Shown here: positions 37,225-51,669 of the stretch, in pieces
How the letters are laid out: every line of letters begins with the position of its first letter
Numbering within the stretch: position 1 is the first letter of the stretch
Origin: Spizellomyces punctatus DAOM BR117
Taxonomy: Eukaryota
Assembly (NCBI GenBank): GCA_000182565.2
Contig: KQ257460.1
Reading direction: 5' to 3' (one strand)
DNA: 64,000 nucleotides
The notes under the pieces: generated by a model
Databases searched by the model: none
Told to the model about the DNA's origin: nothing
What the model saw: the letters and a program-made list of their open reading frames with translations, nothing else
Program-made: the position numbers and the translations under genes

Positions 37225-37501
37225 AGTTGTGGGAGGTAGATGGGAGCTGCGTTGGGGGGAATATAGTTCTTGTCTTTGGACTGTCTTTAAGACTGTATAT
37301 TATTTCTTGGTGTGAACAGTGATTTCCATTTGCAAGTACAGTCGCAGTGCACATTTCCTTTTCGACATTTTGCCAAGCTTCGGTATGACGATCGTTCAAA
37401 GGTCCGTCAGGGCACTTTCCCAAAGCATTTGTAGGGATGCCACTATTATTATCTATTAATTTAATCAATAATCCAACAAGATATAACCTAATAAATGCCC
37501 A

Positions 37502-40500
37502 TCATCCGCTCTCGGCAGCCCTTCTCTCCGCTATATCCCTTTCCTTATCTTTTTTATCCCCGCTCCACAATGTCGACCCACCCCACCGCTCATCAACCCA
37601 AGTTTTTACATGTTTAATTCTCTCCTGAGCAAAGTCCAAATCCCTGTAAATACATCGGATCGCTTCCCCAACGCCATCCTCTTTTTGCAATCGTTCCCCA
37701 ACGACCCGGGCACGTTGTTGCATCTTGGTATCAGTGACGAGTGTCTCGAGTGCTGACGATAGTTTATTTACGCTCAATTTCCGTAGCGTGACACCCACTC
37801 CCAGATCAGATATCCGGTCCGCCCAAAAGAATTGATCACCGAAAAAGGGGTGAATAGACATTGGTATTCCAGCGCGGAGTGTTGCGGCTGTTGTTCCAGC
37901 CCCTCCATGGTGGATAGCAGCCGTGCAGAGGGGAAAGAGGAATGAATGGGGTGCGGGTTTGGTAAGTGGATAGATTTGGGGTGGGTATGTGATAGGTTCG
38001 GACGGTGTTGAAGTGGCAAGACGACCTGACCATCCTTTAGAAAGGATAGCCCGTACATTGGACTTTAAAACCGCAGATATAATCGTCCGAGTCATTTCGT
38101 CTGGGTCGCTGACAACGATACTACCAAATCCGATATACACAACCGGCATTCCCTTGCTTTCCTCTAAAAACTGTCGTAGATCCTCTGGTGGAGTCCAGTC
38201 CGGGTCGGAATCATCGAGAAACCAGTACCCCGTGGTGTGAATCCAATCTTGCCAGTCGGGTGGGGGTGGGACAACGGTGGGGCTGAAGCTGTAGAGAAAG
38301 GGGATTTTATGGTCGTTGAGAGTGCCTAGTTGGATAGGCGGCTATTTTAGGAAAGTCGTTCATGAGCTCTTCGGCGATACTTTCAGTAAGTACAAAGTAC
38401 ACCAAAAAGTGAACTTACCCTCCCCAACGTTTTCCTCCGAAACCGATTCACTTGCCCACTCACTCCCCTCCACAACAACCCCTCGATCATAACATGTGTC
38501 ATCCAATTATAGCTTCCTCCCAATCCTCCCAACCCTTTCCGCTTGCGATCTGGAACGGCAAAAGGATGTGGATAGTACCGCGTACGTGTCCATGGCATTG
38601 GGAAGGCGGCAAAGTAGGGAATCTGAAGATGCTCGGCAATATGGAGACCGGCCATGGCGGTTGGTGATTCGATTAGGAGGTTGGTGTCCTTGCAGGCTTC
38701 GTAGGCTGATAGGAGGAGCTCGTCTACCCAGCCACGAAACTAGTGTTCAGGACATAAACAGTAAGTTCCATCTGTTACCAGCATCAGCAACTACAGATTA
38801 CCAGAACCTACCTTTGACACAGCCTCCCTCAGAAACCCAACCGTAAACATCCCATTTTCCACACACAGCCGCATTAACTCTGCAGGATTGCCTTTGACTT
38901 CCCGAAACTCGATGCCAAATCCTTCAATCCAGTCCTTATATTCAGAGTGCGTCGCAATACGAACAGTGTGACCGTCCGTCTGCAAACGGAGGCCCAGAGC
39001 AATGTAAGGTTGAACGTCTCCACGAGTCCCAATCGTGAGTAGTGTGATGTGAAGAGCGGCAGGGACGGGTGGATCTATATTTAATAAATATGTTAGTAAG
39101 CATATATAAGTAATTGCACACAGATACACGATGCACGCACTGTAAAGTTCCGAAGGCCGAACATGGGAGTCGCTTCTCTCGATATCGTCCAAAATCGAGG
39201 CTTGATGTCTGCCATATCAGTGTTAAAATAAATGATTCCTCCAGATCTAGCAGGAACAGGAAAAGTAAATCACCTTAACGGACTCAAAGCTCGTTCTACC
39301 CCTTTCGTGTCCGCACAGTCCATTTCTCGAAGACAGCGTCCCAACACCTCGAGACACCTACTTCTCACATCCGGCGAATGAAACTCGCACAGAAATACAT
39401 CCCCGGCTCGTGTAGTAATCCTGAGTCGCCATCCAAAACCTGGTGCTTCCAAGACGTCTACAATATCAATTAGGGGAACAAGTAATCGGGTTCGGATGCC
39501 GACTCGTTTTGATTTGAAGCAGAGGTGATTGGAGGAGATGTAAAGTTTGCCGAGGCGTGGGACGGTCCGATGTAGAGAGCAGTGGTAGGCTGGAAACATG
39601 ATCGTAAAGTTTGAGTCATCGTAGAGAAATTATCACCCAAATATACAACCACCTACATGCAATGAGTTGTTCTGAATCGGGTAACGCAAAAGTTTTCCTA
39701 AACTCATCAGCCTTTATCTCCTTGTGCTGCTGCTGCTTTTGTGTCGGCTGCGACGGCTGCGATCCCCCTATACCCGAAACGACGCTCATGTCCCTCAAAA
39801 CACCAGCATCCGACCTAGTTTTCCGATGGCCCAACTTTCTTCTCCAGCCGCTTGCCGGTCGAGATGGCCCTTCCCCTCCAGACTGACCAAACTCCGACGC
39901 AGAGGTAGAGGACATGGACGAACGCGAAGGGTGTGACGAAGAATCCGTTGCATCTCCATCTTCTGATATTCTTTGTCGCGGGCTGTCACTTTCGGACGTG
40001 GGGCTTCCGGACTGGGGATGCTCACTTTGAGTCCGGCGGTGATGACTATTGGATGGAGTTTCCGCGGCAGGGGGAAGGAGGGCCATACTGCCTGTTGGAG
40101 TTGGTAGACCGGATCGGCTTGACACGTCGGCTGGCTTTAAGGGAAGGGCCGAGGTGGCTGTTGTATCGTACATGCTTTTACGACGGGGGTTCGAAGGACG
40201 TGTGGGTGAGGAACGTTGCGGCTGCCAAAGATCTATCAGCGTCGAGTAAGCGTAAGGGAGATTGTTGAAGTAGGCAAAGAAATACTGTTGCAATCAAGGA
40301 AGACAATTAGGTTTGTTGTATTCATCCATTAGAAACACATTAGGGCATTGTACCTCTTCTGCCAACGCTGATTCGTCATCCACAACCTTAATCCTCAATG
40401 AGTCAGTGACAGATGATGATCCGCTCAGTTCAAGTTCCGTAATGTTAGCAAAAGGAAGGACAATCTGCAAGTTCAAGGGGAGAATGGAACAATGAATCCC

Positions 40501-42269
40501 GACACACCCGCCTTTACGAATTCAACCTCACGGCTTACCCGAACGTCATCTCCCTCATTCCTGGCCCTGACCATAGACGCCTTCAGTGCCTTCATCCACT
40601 CCTCTCTGGCAGTTTCTGTGTCCGCCTTGAAGCGGTACTTTTTGTCCCTGGTCACAATACTAAAGCCCCTCTGATGCTGCTTGGACTTTTGGACATCGAC
40701 TACGTTCTTTAGATTCACTCTTCCGAGCGGATAATAGAGGTTCGTCGAATTACGGTAGAAACTCAGTGTATCGTCCTTGAGAACAAACCAAAAAGTTGCG
40801 GAGCCTTTTCGTGGTGCTTTTGCTCGTTTTCTGAGGAAGCCCGAATGCTGAATTGATCCGTATTCTCGAGGCAGACTTGCATAAAAGCATATATGACTGT
40901 CCGTCATGTATATATTTCCTTTCAGGAGAACAGAGCGAACGAGCCAGCAGGCGAATTCACCACGATATGGTTCGGTTTCCGGTAATTCAAATGCGATCTG
41001 GAGTTTTTCAGCGATTGTCAAGTTGGCCGTAGATTGCCCTGCAGGTGTCAGTACAGGCGAGCTATCCTCCCCATCGCTCTCGCCAGAACTTTGTGAAAAG
41101 ATGTCGCCATCTGTATCGGGTGTGTTTTCCGGTTCCGCCAGCGCATCCGTGGCTTCGAGGAAGAGAGAATGGATGGAAGATCTGTCGTCGGCCACTACAT
41201 GCACATGACACCGGAATGTTATGCCCTCATGGGAGGTAGTCTCGATGCTGATATTGCCAACTTACAGTGATCAGACCCCATGTGGTCTCCGGATGCCGGC
41301 GTCAAATCCGGATCATTCTCAACTTTCTTTAATGATGATATCGTAGATCTAGATCAACAATTCTGACGCTCTCAAGTTGAAACATCTTGGTTCACTCACC
41401 AACGCCGCGGTCACCAAATGCAATACAGGATTGTTAACTGCCTCTGCTTCGGAGGAGCTTCCTGCACCGGCGGGACCACGTCCACCAAACCAAGAGAACA
41501 TGTCTGCAAACTGATGTGATAACTTTTTTGCAAGTCGTCTCGATTTGCCTCTCGGCTTTGTTTTTCGCTTTGTCTTCTTTTTTGTTCTCTGCTTGCCGTC
41601 GGAGTTGCCGCTGTCGTCCCCGCTGCCAAGACTGTTTGGGTCGGACTCAGAGTCCAGCTCTGCATCGGCGACCCATTCGTCAGTGTCGGAGAATGAATCT
41701 ACGAATCGAACCACGCGATTGTCTTTTGAGGGCAACGATGGGGTACTAAATTGGGGGCATTGATCAGGAGCATCCGGGAGACATTTTGCTTGCTGATGTT
41801 GATCGTCCTTGATCAGGATGGATGTCCATTGCTCTGTTTGTTCAGATGACCTATCAATCCGTTTTATCGGAGTCGTATTTCGTCTTTGGAGCTTCTTCCA
41901 CAGGCCCGTTTTGGACTTTTCGTCAGTGTATTTTGTCCTGGGGGGAGACGAACTCAGGGTGCCGTCTTCGACAGAAGGTACATTCACTACAGCCAAATCC
42001 AATACATCCAATACGGCCGGAGCGGAAGTAGGCCCGGGATACGTCTTGGGAAAAATATCAGAGTTTGGTCGTATCCGTAATAGTTTACGCAATCGACTTT
42101 GCTTTTTCTTTTCACTATCCTGCTGAATTCTCACAGTTTCGATATCTGTGGTGCTTGTTGAGGTGCGACTTTCCTCCTGCCCAACGACGGTCAGCGGGAA
42201 GTGGTTTGACTGGGATGTGACCTTTTCCCCTTGGTCAATCCTACTATCTTGTACATTTATCATGACCAT
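37502..42269 (-). CDS. ATG26: Sterol 3-beta-glucosyltransferase (GRAM-PH-GRAM-GT domains), about 9 introns
   Basis: [16 protein letters not shown] (GRAM), a PH domain, a second [40 protein letters not shown] and PFFGDQFFW. Confidence 0.93.
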
Positions 42270-42939
42270 TAGATCCGCTAGAATTTAATGGAATATTCGT
42301 TCATCGTTGTGCTTAAATGGGCATTTTAAAAATACATAAAAGAAAATATCGGGAGAATGGAAGAAACGACAAGCAAAACTGCGAATCTCCGACAAGATGA
42401 CACATTCCAGCCGTTGGGGAAAGCGGCTCTCATGTGTTCAAAAATTGCCCTTTTTAATAAAAAATGTTTTGTTTTTGCAATAGGCGGGATTCGAACTCTC
42501 ATTATAGTCACGTGTTAGATAGCTTACTGCAGAAGCATTTTCAAACTGCATTTCCAGATGGCAGATGCAGGCCATTTACTACGGGCAGAGAGATGTTCCA
42601 GAATTGAATGTAGTATTCTTGTGTTGCTTGGAAATGCCAATGCTCAATAGTGTACGCTCATTTGCTCACAAACAAGGCCGTTTCAATCCTTTGGTCGACA
42701 CTCTCGCAAAGCCCTCGAGCGACCTGTAGTCCATGTCTTTGCACGCATTCCTGATGAACAACAGTATTGACATTAAAAAAGAATGATACGAAATAATTGC
42801 TAGACGCAGGACGACAAGGTATCGTTCCGTACAATATTTGTCCGGAGAGTTGGACAAGTGCAAGCCTCATCTGATTTGAAGCGCGTCTGCTCTCTTCAGC
42901 ATTTTCACCCGAAATCTTACATTCCTTTGGCAGGCGTTT

Positions 42940-45900
42940 ATGGCCAACGACGCATCGGGCACGGCGGCCATCACAGTCGCAGTTCGAGTCCGTCCGTTTT
43001 TTGAGGCTGCTGTGGATTCCACAGGCGATGTGGGGCTTCGAAGAATAGTGCAGGTCGTGGACGATCGCATCCTCGTTTTTGGTATATACAATTTCCGTTA
43101 GCACAGGAGGGCATTTCAGTTGGACACGCTCTCTATTCGATTCAGGATTGTGTATGCTCACGCTCTCCTACCTTGCATAGATCCCGTCGACCCAAACTCA
43201 CGAAACCAGACGCGGACATACAACCACGGCTCGCGTCGACACAAAGAGATCCGCTATGGTTTTGACAGGGTGTTCAACGAAACAGCCACGCAGCAAGAGG
43301 TCTACGAGGGTACAGCGCAACCTTTGATTGATGGCGTATTGAATGGATACAACGCGACAGTATTTGCGTACGGTGCGACGGGGTGTGGCAAGACGCATAC
43401 CATCACAGGAACACCCCAGGACCCGGGAATCATTTTCCTTACCATGCGGGAGCTCTTCCACCGCATCGACAATGCATCCTCGGAACAGCTCGTCGACTCT
43501 TCCTTGTCTTATCTAGAGGTGTACAATGAGACCATTCGCGATTTGCTTTGTCCATCTCCTTCGAACCAATCACTCGATGTTCGGGAAGATGACGGCAGCA
43601 ATCGGGTGGTGGTTGCAGGGTTAAGCGAACACCGACCAAAAAATGTGGATGATGTTATGCAGATGTTGATCAAGGGCAATGAGAATAGAACGCGGGCACC
43701 GACTGAAGCAAATGCCGTCAGTTCGCGAAGTCACGCCGTGCTGCAAATCCATATTCGACAGAGAGATAGAGCCGCTGGTGTTAACGCGAGCGTCAAGATG
43801 GCAACGCTGAGCATTATCGATCTTGCTGGAAGTGAGGTATGCGCACAATTCCGAAGGAATGATCTCCCATGAGCGGAGCTGTTTTATTGACAAGACTTCT
43901 AGCGTGCATCTGTAACAAAGAACAAAGGAGAGCGGTTACTTGAGGGTGCAAATATAAACAGGTTTGCTGCGCTTGTTTCAGTTTCTATCAGGACGCACAT
44001 ATCTCATGAATGAGTCCGTCATAGATCCCTGCTGGCACTCGGTAATTGCATTAATGCTTTATGCAGTGAGAGGCCCAACCACATTCCTTACAGGTTGGTG
44101 CACATCATTTCCAGGTAAACAGCAATATTCGATCAGCTAACGCGGCCGCTTGCATTAATAGAGACTCGAAGCTTACCCGCCTCCTCAAGTATTCACTTGG
44201 TGGGAATTGCCGAGTAGTCATGATCACCAATATCAGCCCCTCTAGTTTCCACTACGACGAAACGCACAACACATTAAAATACGCAAACCGCGCCAAAAAC
44301 ATCAAAACAAAAGTTGAACAGAATTCAATCGATGTTACGGCGCATTTGGCTCAATATCCGAAAATCATCTCAGAGCTGAAGGCGGAAGTTGAGGTTTTGA
44401 GGCAGCAGTTGGGAAAAGCCTCTAGAGATAGTTCAGGTGAAGAAAACGGCAAAGAACCGGGAATACGAACCGACATCTTCGAGATGATCATGCGGAAGGT
44501 GCAAAGAATATTCGATAAGATGGCAATAAAGGAGAGTGAGAGGTGTGAAGCTCTGGCTGAAGTGGAAAAGAATGAGCGAAAATTAAGCATTTTGAAAGCT
44601 ATTACCACGATACTGGATCAGAATGCAGCGAATGAAGACAGCCTTTCACTCTGCCGGCAACAGATCACATCCGTCATCGAAGCCACCCATGCTACAAACG
44701 TTGGACTCAGACATAATGCAAATCAGGCACGATTAGGCATCCTACGACATAACGCAGAAGTTGATAAGATTGAAAGAGGTGGCGGCGGCCAGAAGTTATC
44801 GACGGAGCAGCGGGAAACACTACGAGTCGAGATTCAACTTCTCAAACTCAGCGCTCAGAACGCTCTATTGATGAAACAAGTGGAGGCCTACCAAGGAGCA
44901 CTTGAGGATCAGTCTCGAACCGTAGTGGAGATAGTGGCAAAGAATGCTCAAATCATATCGGACCTGATGAGAATCACCCACACTGCCCGAGACTCAGACA
45001 TGATTGGTGAGGAAGTGGTGGCATTAGTTGAAGAGGTTGCACAGAATGCAAGTGGCGATTTGACAGGATTAGCTGGTCAAAATACGGAAGCCCCGACAGT
45101 GGACCTCGATTGGGATACCAGCTCGGAAACATCGGAACTGTCGGACGTTGAAAGTAGTGATTCTGAAGTGGAGAATAGTGATGGTGAGGAATCTGGGAGA
45201 CTGAGGCGTGCAAAACGACGAAATTCGTACCTGCACAAGGAGATGGAAGAAGTTGCGCGATCTTTTACCCCTGCTCCTCAAACACCCGCAGAAGAACCGT
45301 CACAGCACACGCCAGATAGAGATGCGGGACATGCAGTCACTCCAGCAACTGCAATAAAACTTTTGCCATCGAAGCAATATGTTGACGATGTCGATGCAAC
45401 TCCACAGGCTCACAAGCGGGGTGGAAGCCCCTCATTAGATTCCACTGCCAAGAAAGTGCGCGGGCGCGGTGATACCAAGCCGGAGCGAGATATTCGTTCT
45501 ACATCTACCACCCCCACCAGATTACATAGTAAGCTGCCAGAAGCGTTTGATGATGATGTAACTCCCCTTGCCCGACCCAAGAGATCAATACTGACCCCGG
45601 CTGAATTTGGAAAACCACCCCCGCCTCCGGCTTTTCGCACCGACAAAATGGATAGTCTCGGTGCAGATGAGCCGGATCACCATATTACGAACGAATCTCA
45701 TCAACATACAGGCGGACCTATACGTACCAGTCCGCATCGTAGATCGCGGCGACGAGCACGACAGTCACTTATTCCGGTGATGAAGACAGCAGGGAGAAGA
45801 GAAAGCATGCTTCCTCTACCTGCTGGAATTTTGGGCCGGGAAGGTGTTGATAATGATGCACGACGTGTGACGAGCTCCTGCCCGTCAGATAAGTTCCCTC

Positions 45901-46328
45901 CAGGCCCGATGGCACCGTCTCCGACAGCCACTACCTCTTCAATAGGATGCAGTCCTGGCAACAAAGCCAACCGCGCATCCGACACCAGCTCGAATGCCAG
46001 TCCCAGCACTAGGTCGCGCAACATCATAAAAGCTCGAAAAACACCACCACGGACCTCTATTGAGGACGAAGGCAAAGAAAACAGCAGCCAGTCAACAAGG
46101 CGCAGCACTCGCAATAAGCCTTCTCGCATATCGTTTGCACCGTCACCAACCACTCCCCGACCAACTGACATACTAACGGCTTCTTCGAATACTAGACGGC
46201 GACGCACTATGATTGTTCCGCCTAGCAATATACAAACGAGGTCCTCGACCAGGAGGAAAGCTTCTGGGGATGGGAGCCGGAGCCCGAGTAGTGGAGAGGA
46301 GAATGGGGTCAAGCCCAAGTGGAAATGA
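42940..46328 (+). CDS. KIP3: Kinesin-8 motor (Kip3/Klp5-like), 4 introns
   Basis: [58 protein letters not shown] and [15 protein letters not shown], followed by a coiled coil and basic disordered tail. The start could lie in an upstream exon. Confidence 0.88.
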
Positions 46329-46573
46329 TGACGTGGGCAGAGTGGTGTGATGTTAGTTAAAATGCTGTTATTTAAAAGAAACTGATGAAATCTAATGACA
46401 AGAGGTTTGAATTGCATTGCCGCTGCTGCTTTGCCGATGTTACAGCTCCTTGTGGATACAGGGTGAGAGACATTGATGTGAATATTGGTCTCCCTGAGGA
46501 CATATGTGGAGAAGATAAGAGATCTCTGTGTGATAGTCTGGAAATACTCCATCCACTCATTTATTGCAACAAT

Positions 46574-48747
46574 CTATCGCGGTCCTCCTGACGCCAATCC
46601 ATTCCCAGACCCAGAAGCATTCTTCCCGCAAGTAGGTGTCAGTGGGAGGGGTCCCGGTGCATTTCCGAACCGTTTTTTGGTTCGTGGAGCTCGTGGGATG
46701 GGTTGGTAGCACCCTAAGATACTAATTCAGTGATGGATAAATGGCAAACAAGTAGAATGGATGATAGCATACCCAAATACGACGCATAATTGCTTGTCCT
46801 CTCATGCCGGACTGGCCCATCATTGTAAACAAGATCAAATCCACCGACACGAGTCCTAGTTGGTTTGCCTGTATGTCTGCAACCATAGCGCCCAGTTACA
46901 AACACAGCACAAGAGCACCATATGCTGATTGAGGGTTAGCTCACCTTCGCTCTAAATCAACGACATCAAAACAATCCTGCAGCATGGCGTGTTTGAGGTC
47001 ATAGTCGAATTGGGTTTCGGCTGTTAAGGAGGGGGAAGCGTTGACTTCTAGAACCCATCTGTCGTGTGCAAACAAGCAAGGTCAGCTTCGTATGAGTAAT
47101 GGACTTTTGACGCAATTGTCTTACGGTTTCAGGTTTTGGTCGATGAGGATGTCATAACCATACCTGCCGAGACAAACAAAGCAATCGGTAAACCACATGT
47201 AATCAATTCGTGTTGACTTCAAGCTTGAAAATAATCCAAAAACTCACAATTCAAAGCAATGCTTATCGTTAATCATAACCTTTTGCACGCTCATCAAACT
47301 CCTCACAACTGAAGCCTCCATTTCCGTAAAGAGTTCATCTACCGCTTTCGCCCCGTACTGGGTTGTCAGATACAATTTTAAATTCCGTAACAGCCATTTA
47401 CATCCACGGCCAGAGAGGTAATTTGGTGAATGCTTTTGGATGGCGACATTTGTGGCGTGGATATCTGTTGTATGAAGGGTTGGCGGTGTGGTTTTTTGTT
47501 GAAATTGACATGCGTTTGTCTACGTACACATGTTGCTAATGTCCTTGGCTTGCATGGAAAACTGCGTATTTGAGAACCGGCAGAATCCATTACGATGGAT
47601 GTAGACTGTCAGGGGATAATAAGAGGTAACGAGGACATAAATCCGAATATCAAACTTTTTGCCTAAAAACTCAAGGTAGCGTCAGAACCCCCTTGTCCAT
47701 TGTGGTAAACAAAGGGCGTGTTACCTTACCTCCAATCAAGCAGGGATTTTCAATGTATCTCTGCACAATATACGCCTCGGGCCCGTCCTCTCCATCCTTC
47801 TCTCCACGAACATTCCCTCTCACGTCTTTCCTCCACCCCGCAATCTGCGATATTCGATTGATCAAAAAAATCCCCTTCCCTTGCGCCTTTCCAACAGGCT
47901 TCATGATCCAGACGCTGCCGGGGTTACGTTTGAACTCTTCTGTGAATAGAGCGTGTTCACCGGGAAGGACGTAGGAAGGGGAGAGAAAGTCGAATTTGAG
48001 AGCTTCGGCTTTGCCGTATTCTTTTTCTATGGTTTTTATCATTCTTTTGACGTTCTTTACCAGCAGATCTTTTCGTGTTAACTTGGTTTGACCCAATAAA
48101 ATTGTAGATAAGCCCATCATGCCTACAGCGAGTGCCTACATATCTGAGAAGTTTGACATACCTCATAGTGATTTCTAAAATGGTTGATCCGCTGGTGCTC
48201 TTGCAAATATACATGATCAAACGTCTCATGAACCCAATGTACATCCGCCCAAAAAAAGTCCCAATCCATATCCCTAGGATGTAAAGACCCCATTAATGCG
48301 CTGTTCACCAACAGCTTCAAAAGCCTCGGTAGCGAAACCCACTTCATAATCCCTTACCCATCCGTTTCCTTCCACCCACGATCCCTCATAACATCATAAA
48401 CGGTATTTCTAGATCCAGTGCGAAATCGGATAGGTTGCGCTGCTGGTGGGGTGGATACTGCTGGCGGGGGGAGGAGGCTTATGGTGGGTGTTGACGTACG
48501 AACTGTGGTACTGATGGGTGTAGATGGGGACGGTGAGGGGCGGTTGAGCAGCTTGTCAGGAATTTGCCTTTGGCAAATGAGAGGTTATGATCGTGCTTGT
48601 TGTAAAGGAATGGTGTTTATTATATGGGACATACCTGCTATCCCCATCTTTTTCACGTTTGGACTGGGAAGATCCGGCCGAGCCAGATCCAGACGAGATG
48701 GACAGGGGAGTGGATGACCCACGTTCGCGGTCGGTGCGCGATAGCAT
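46574..48747 (-). CDS. TTLL9: Tubulin polyglutamylase, TTLL9-like, multi-exon
   Basis: [88 protein letters not shown] and RVGGFDL. Confidence 0.85.
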
Positions 48748-51396
48748 TTCTTAGAGCAACCCGAATGACCTTAAATAGAGAATGATGTGTAAAAGAGTTT
48801 TTATCTATCGTCTGCTTGAAATCTGGATGTGCGAAAACCCTTCAACATGGCAGATCGTTGGGGCATCGACACGCTTATGTAATGCAAGTTCAGATACAGG
48901 ATCGGCGCAATTAACCTTGATCGCGAACCGTAAACATGAGGAATGTGTAATTCTCCGTCAATCTCAGCCTACGAGATGCCATTGTAGCTGATTACTGGGG
49001 AATGTTGTATGAGCATTTTCCCTTTACTTTCAATGTCGTTGTTAAGGTACTTCTCAATGCAAAGTGTAATTTTCTACGGTGCAGTCAAGCTGCATAACCT
49101 GGACTCTACGACTACGAGTTGCAAACCCCCGTATAAATAACATTGTCTACATCACTCACTGCTTTCTCTACAAGCTGATATCTTTCACCATCTATTATCT
49201 ACACTCTTTGCAATTGTACGTGACGCTAAACATATCATAACCGTGCTTTCAACGACCTACTACAATGTCCTCTCCTGTTCTCCCCCGGGGGACCTACAGC
49301 CGCCGCCCATCGTGAAGCCTTTGGAACAGAAAATGCTGATGAAGACTCTGCTGTTGCCGAATCGTTTTGCAGAGTGCGGGCCCGGCTCATCCCATCGGCA
49401 ACTGCAAGTGTGATGAGTGATGAGCGAGATTGAGAGTTGGGGAGAGGATCCGGTCTGAATGTCCATTCAACTCTACTTTCTATCCACATCCCTTGGGACC
49501 CGTTCAAGGCTCCTGGGCAACGGCGTGGCAAGTGCGAGTTTGAGGAGTGTCGCGGTGGCATTTCTGGTAAGGTGATTGAGTTGGACTCGACGGGTTGAAA
49601 GACGCGGGGCGACAAAGTTGCGAAGCACAGCCCTTGATACTTTTTTTGGAATGACTTAGCGGTCCGTTCCCCCAATTGCCCCTGGGACTAGCGGTCTAGG
49701 AAATAAATGCTCTAAAAAAAAGCATAATATTTATTATTGTTTCCAGCATCGGACGATGTCCGTGGTGGTGGTGATATTGGCCCTGGATCTTGGGCAACTT
49801 GCTTTAATAACGTAGTTTTAATATATTAACGCATATTATATTTACAAGAACTTAAAAGACCCTCACTTTGTATGTAGTCAGTCATTATTCTTTTACCATT
49901 TTTTTTGTCATTTTTTGCTGTCGCTTTCCTTTGTCATAACCCATCTAATAGCGATCATAATAGAAATCTGTAATTGCCCCTCCGCAAAGTGGGCCTGTGA
50001 TGCAAATTACACGACACACTAGCTGCGTTGTGTAAAACCAGCCCTGGTGTCGAGAGAGGCTTCTCTTTGTCGACGAACCACCTACCGCATCTGTGCGGGG
50101 AGTGATATCTGAACTCAAACGCCTCTGTTCGAGGCATTTACAGCAGAATTTTTTTCGTAGCTGAGCCCAAGGCTTTCTCCGACTTGAATTCTTTTTGAGC
50201 AGTTGGGGATTTATAGCCTTGTTCAGGCTAATGGCTGTAGATTGAACGCAGTCACTATTCGACATTACCCTGCTGCGGCTGCCGATGTCTGGCGTGTCGC
50301 GCACGGTATCGAATTTGCTGTCTGCTTTTGCTGTCGTCTACATTGGCTCACACTTCTCAATTTGCTTGTCAAACTCTCGTCATACCTCCAAAAGTATTTC
50401 ATCCAGAATATAGATGGGAACGTATCTGGGAGGTAGGGGAGTGGTGTCCAGCCACTTTAAACCTCCCCCCATCACGTCTTTCCCCCAGCGTATCGCTTGC
50501 CTTTTTAAAATATCGCAATTCCGTTATCTCTCGTAGACAGCAAAAAGGCTCCTTTATTCGTCCTTTACAGAATAATAAAGAATCGAAAGTGGAGGACTTT
50601 CGGACTGAGCATGCTTATCTAATCATGAACCGACATGTGCCTTGGGTCGTAACTCAGCATCATCACGGGTGGATATACAGGTGACCAGTGTGATTTTATC
50701 GAAACAAGATTGTGCTGGTTCTTGTTGTGTTTCCGATGGTCATGAGCGCACTAGTAAATGTAATGAAGCTCATTTATGTTTTGTATGGATAGATGGAGAA
50801 TTTCAAGCTATACAGCTGTGTGTTGAAGAGCAAGATTAGAGAGTAAAACCAGAATGTCCAAGAATTCGTTCGTAATTGCAGCTTTCGCATCCCATCTATG
50901 TCGTTGTAAGGTTTATCATGAATGTAGTGGCATGTTTTGCTGCGTTTGTATTCGAGTTGTTGCAGGAAAGAAGGGTAAACTCCCCCCAATGTAAGGCCTG
51001 ATGTGTGCTGCTGAAACCCAGGTTTTATGCAAGTAACGCCGGAACCCCAAAGACTATCATACTCATACTCAAAAGCTCAGCAACTGGTAACCCAAAGCCT
51101 AAAAGACCCGTTCTCGTGAGTTCCATCCCTTTTCGTAGCGGTCTTTTTGAAAGCACGTCTGATGACACAACCAACAAACGCGCCACTCTAAAGGATTGTG
51201 TTTTGCAAAGGCATAACGGGCTCGAGAAAAAGGGACACTTTAGGTCTTCAAGAGTCACGCGCACCTTTGACGAGGAGAGTATATAAAGGGAAAGGCAGCA
51301 TCGTTTTTACTCTCTTCGTCTCGCCATAACAAGCAAACCATTTGATAACTTTTGTTACAAGCAATAACGGAGCACATTTACCAAACAATCCAATCG

Positions 51397-51669
51397 ATGG
51401 ACCGCACATCTTCTAACCGACAAGAGCAGTCCGCTACGACCCCCACCAACTATTATCCTGTCTCAGGAAACACTACTCCAACCTTTGAACCTCCTATTTC
51501 GATTCCGACGTCGACGACCACCACCACCAATGCGACATCGAGTTCCAATGCAACTGGATCATCCTGGACGAGCATGTTTAGGAGGTCCTCTTTGACCAGC
51601 TTTGGAATTGATAGGGGTAATGGAAAAGAAATCCTCGCTGAGGGGATGGAAGGAGCGTTCCTGAGTTGA
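51397..51669 (+). CDS. Small hypothetical S/T-rich protein, 90 aa
   Basis: TATAAA at about 51282, then MDRTSSN...FRRSSLTSFG...EGMEGAFLS*. No family recognised. Confidence 0.5.
   Translation: MDRTSSNRQEQSATTPTNYYPVSGNTTPTFEPPISIPTSTTTTTNATSSSNATGSSWTSMFRRSSLTSFGIDRGNGKEILAEGMEGAFLS

Noticed and set aside
42474..42530. tRNA-like T-loop (GTTCGAATCC) on the minus strand
   Set aside because: Only about 55 nt between possible acceptor strands, the T-stem has two mismatches, and there is no D or anticodon arm.
49250..49460. U3 snoRNA or ornithine decarboxylase antizyme (+1 frameshift at TCG-TGA)
   Set aside because: U3 box A is absent and k-turn pairing is poor. The +1 frame stops after about 40 codons and lacks antizyme motifs.
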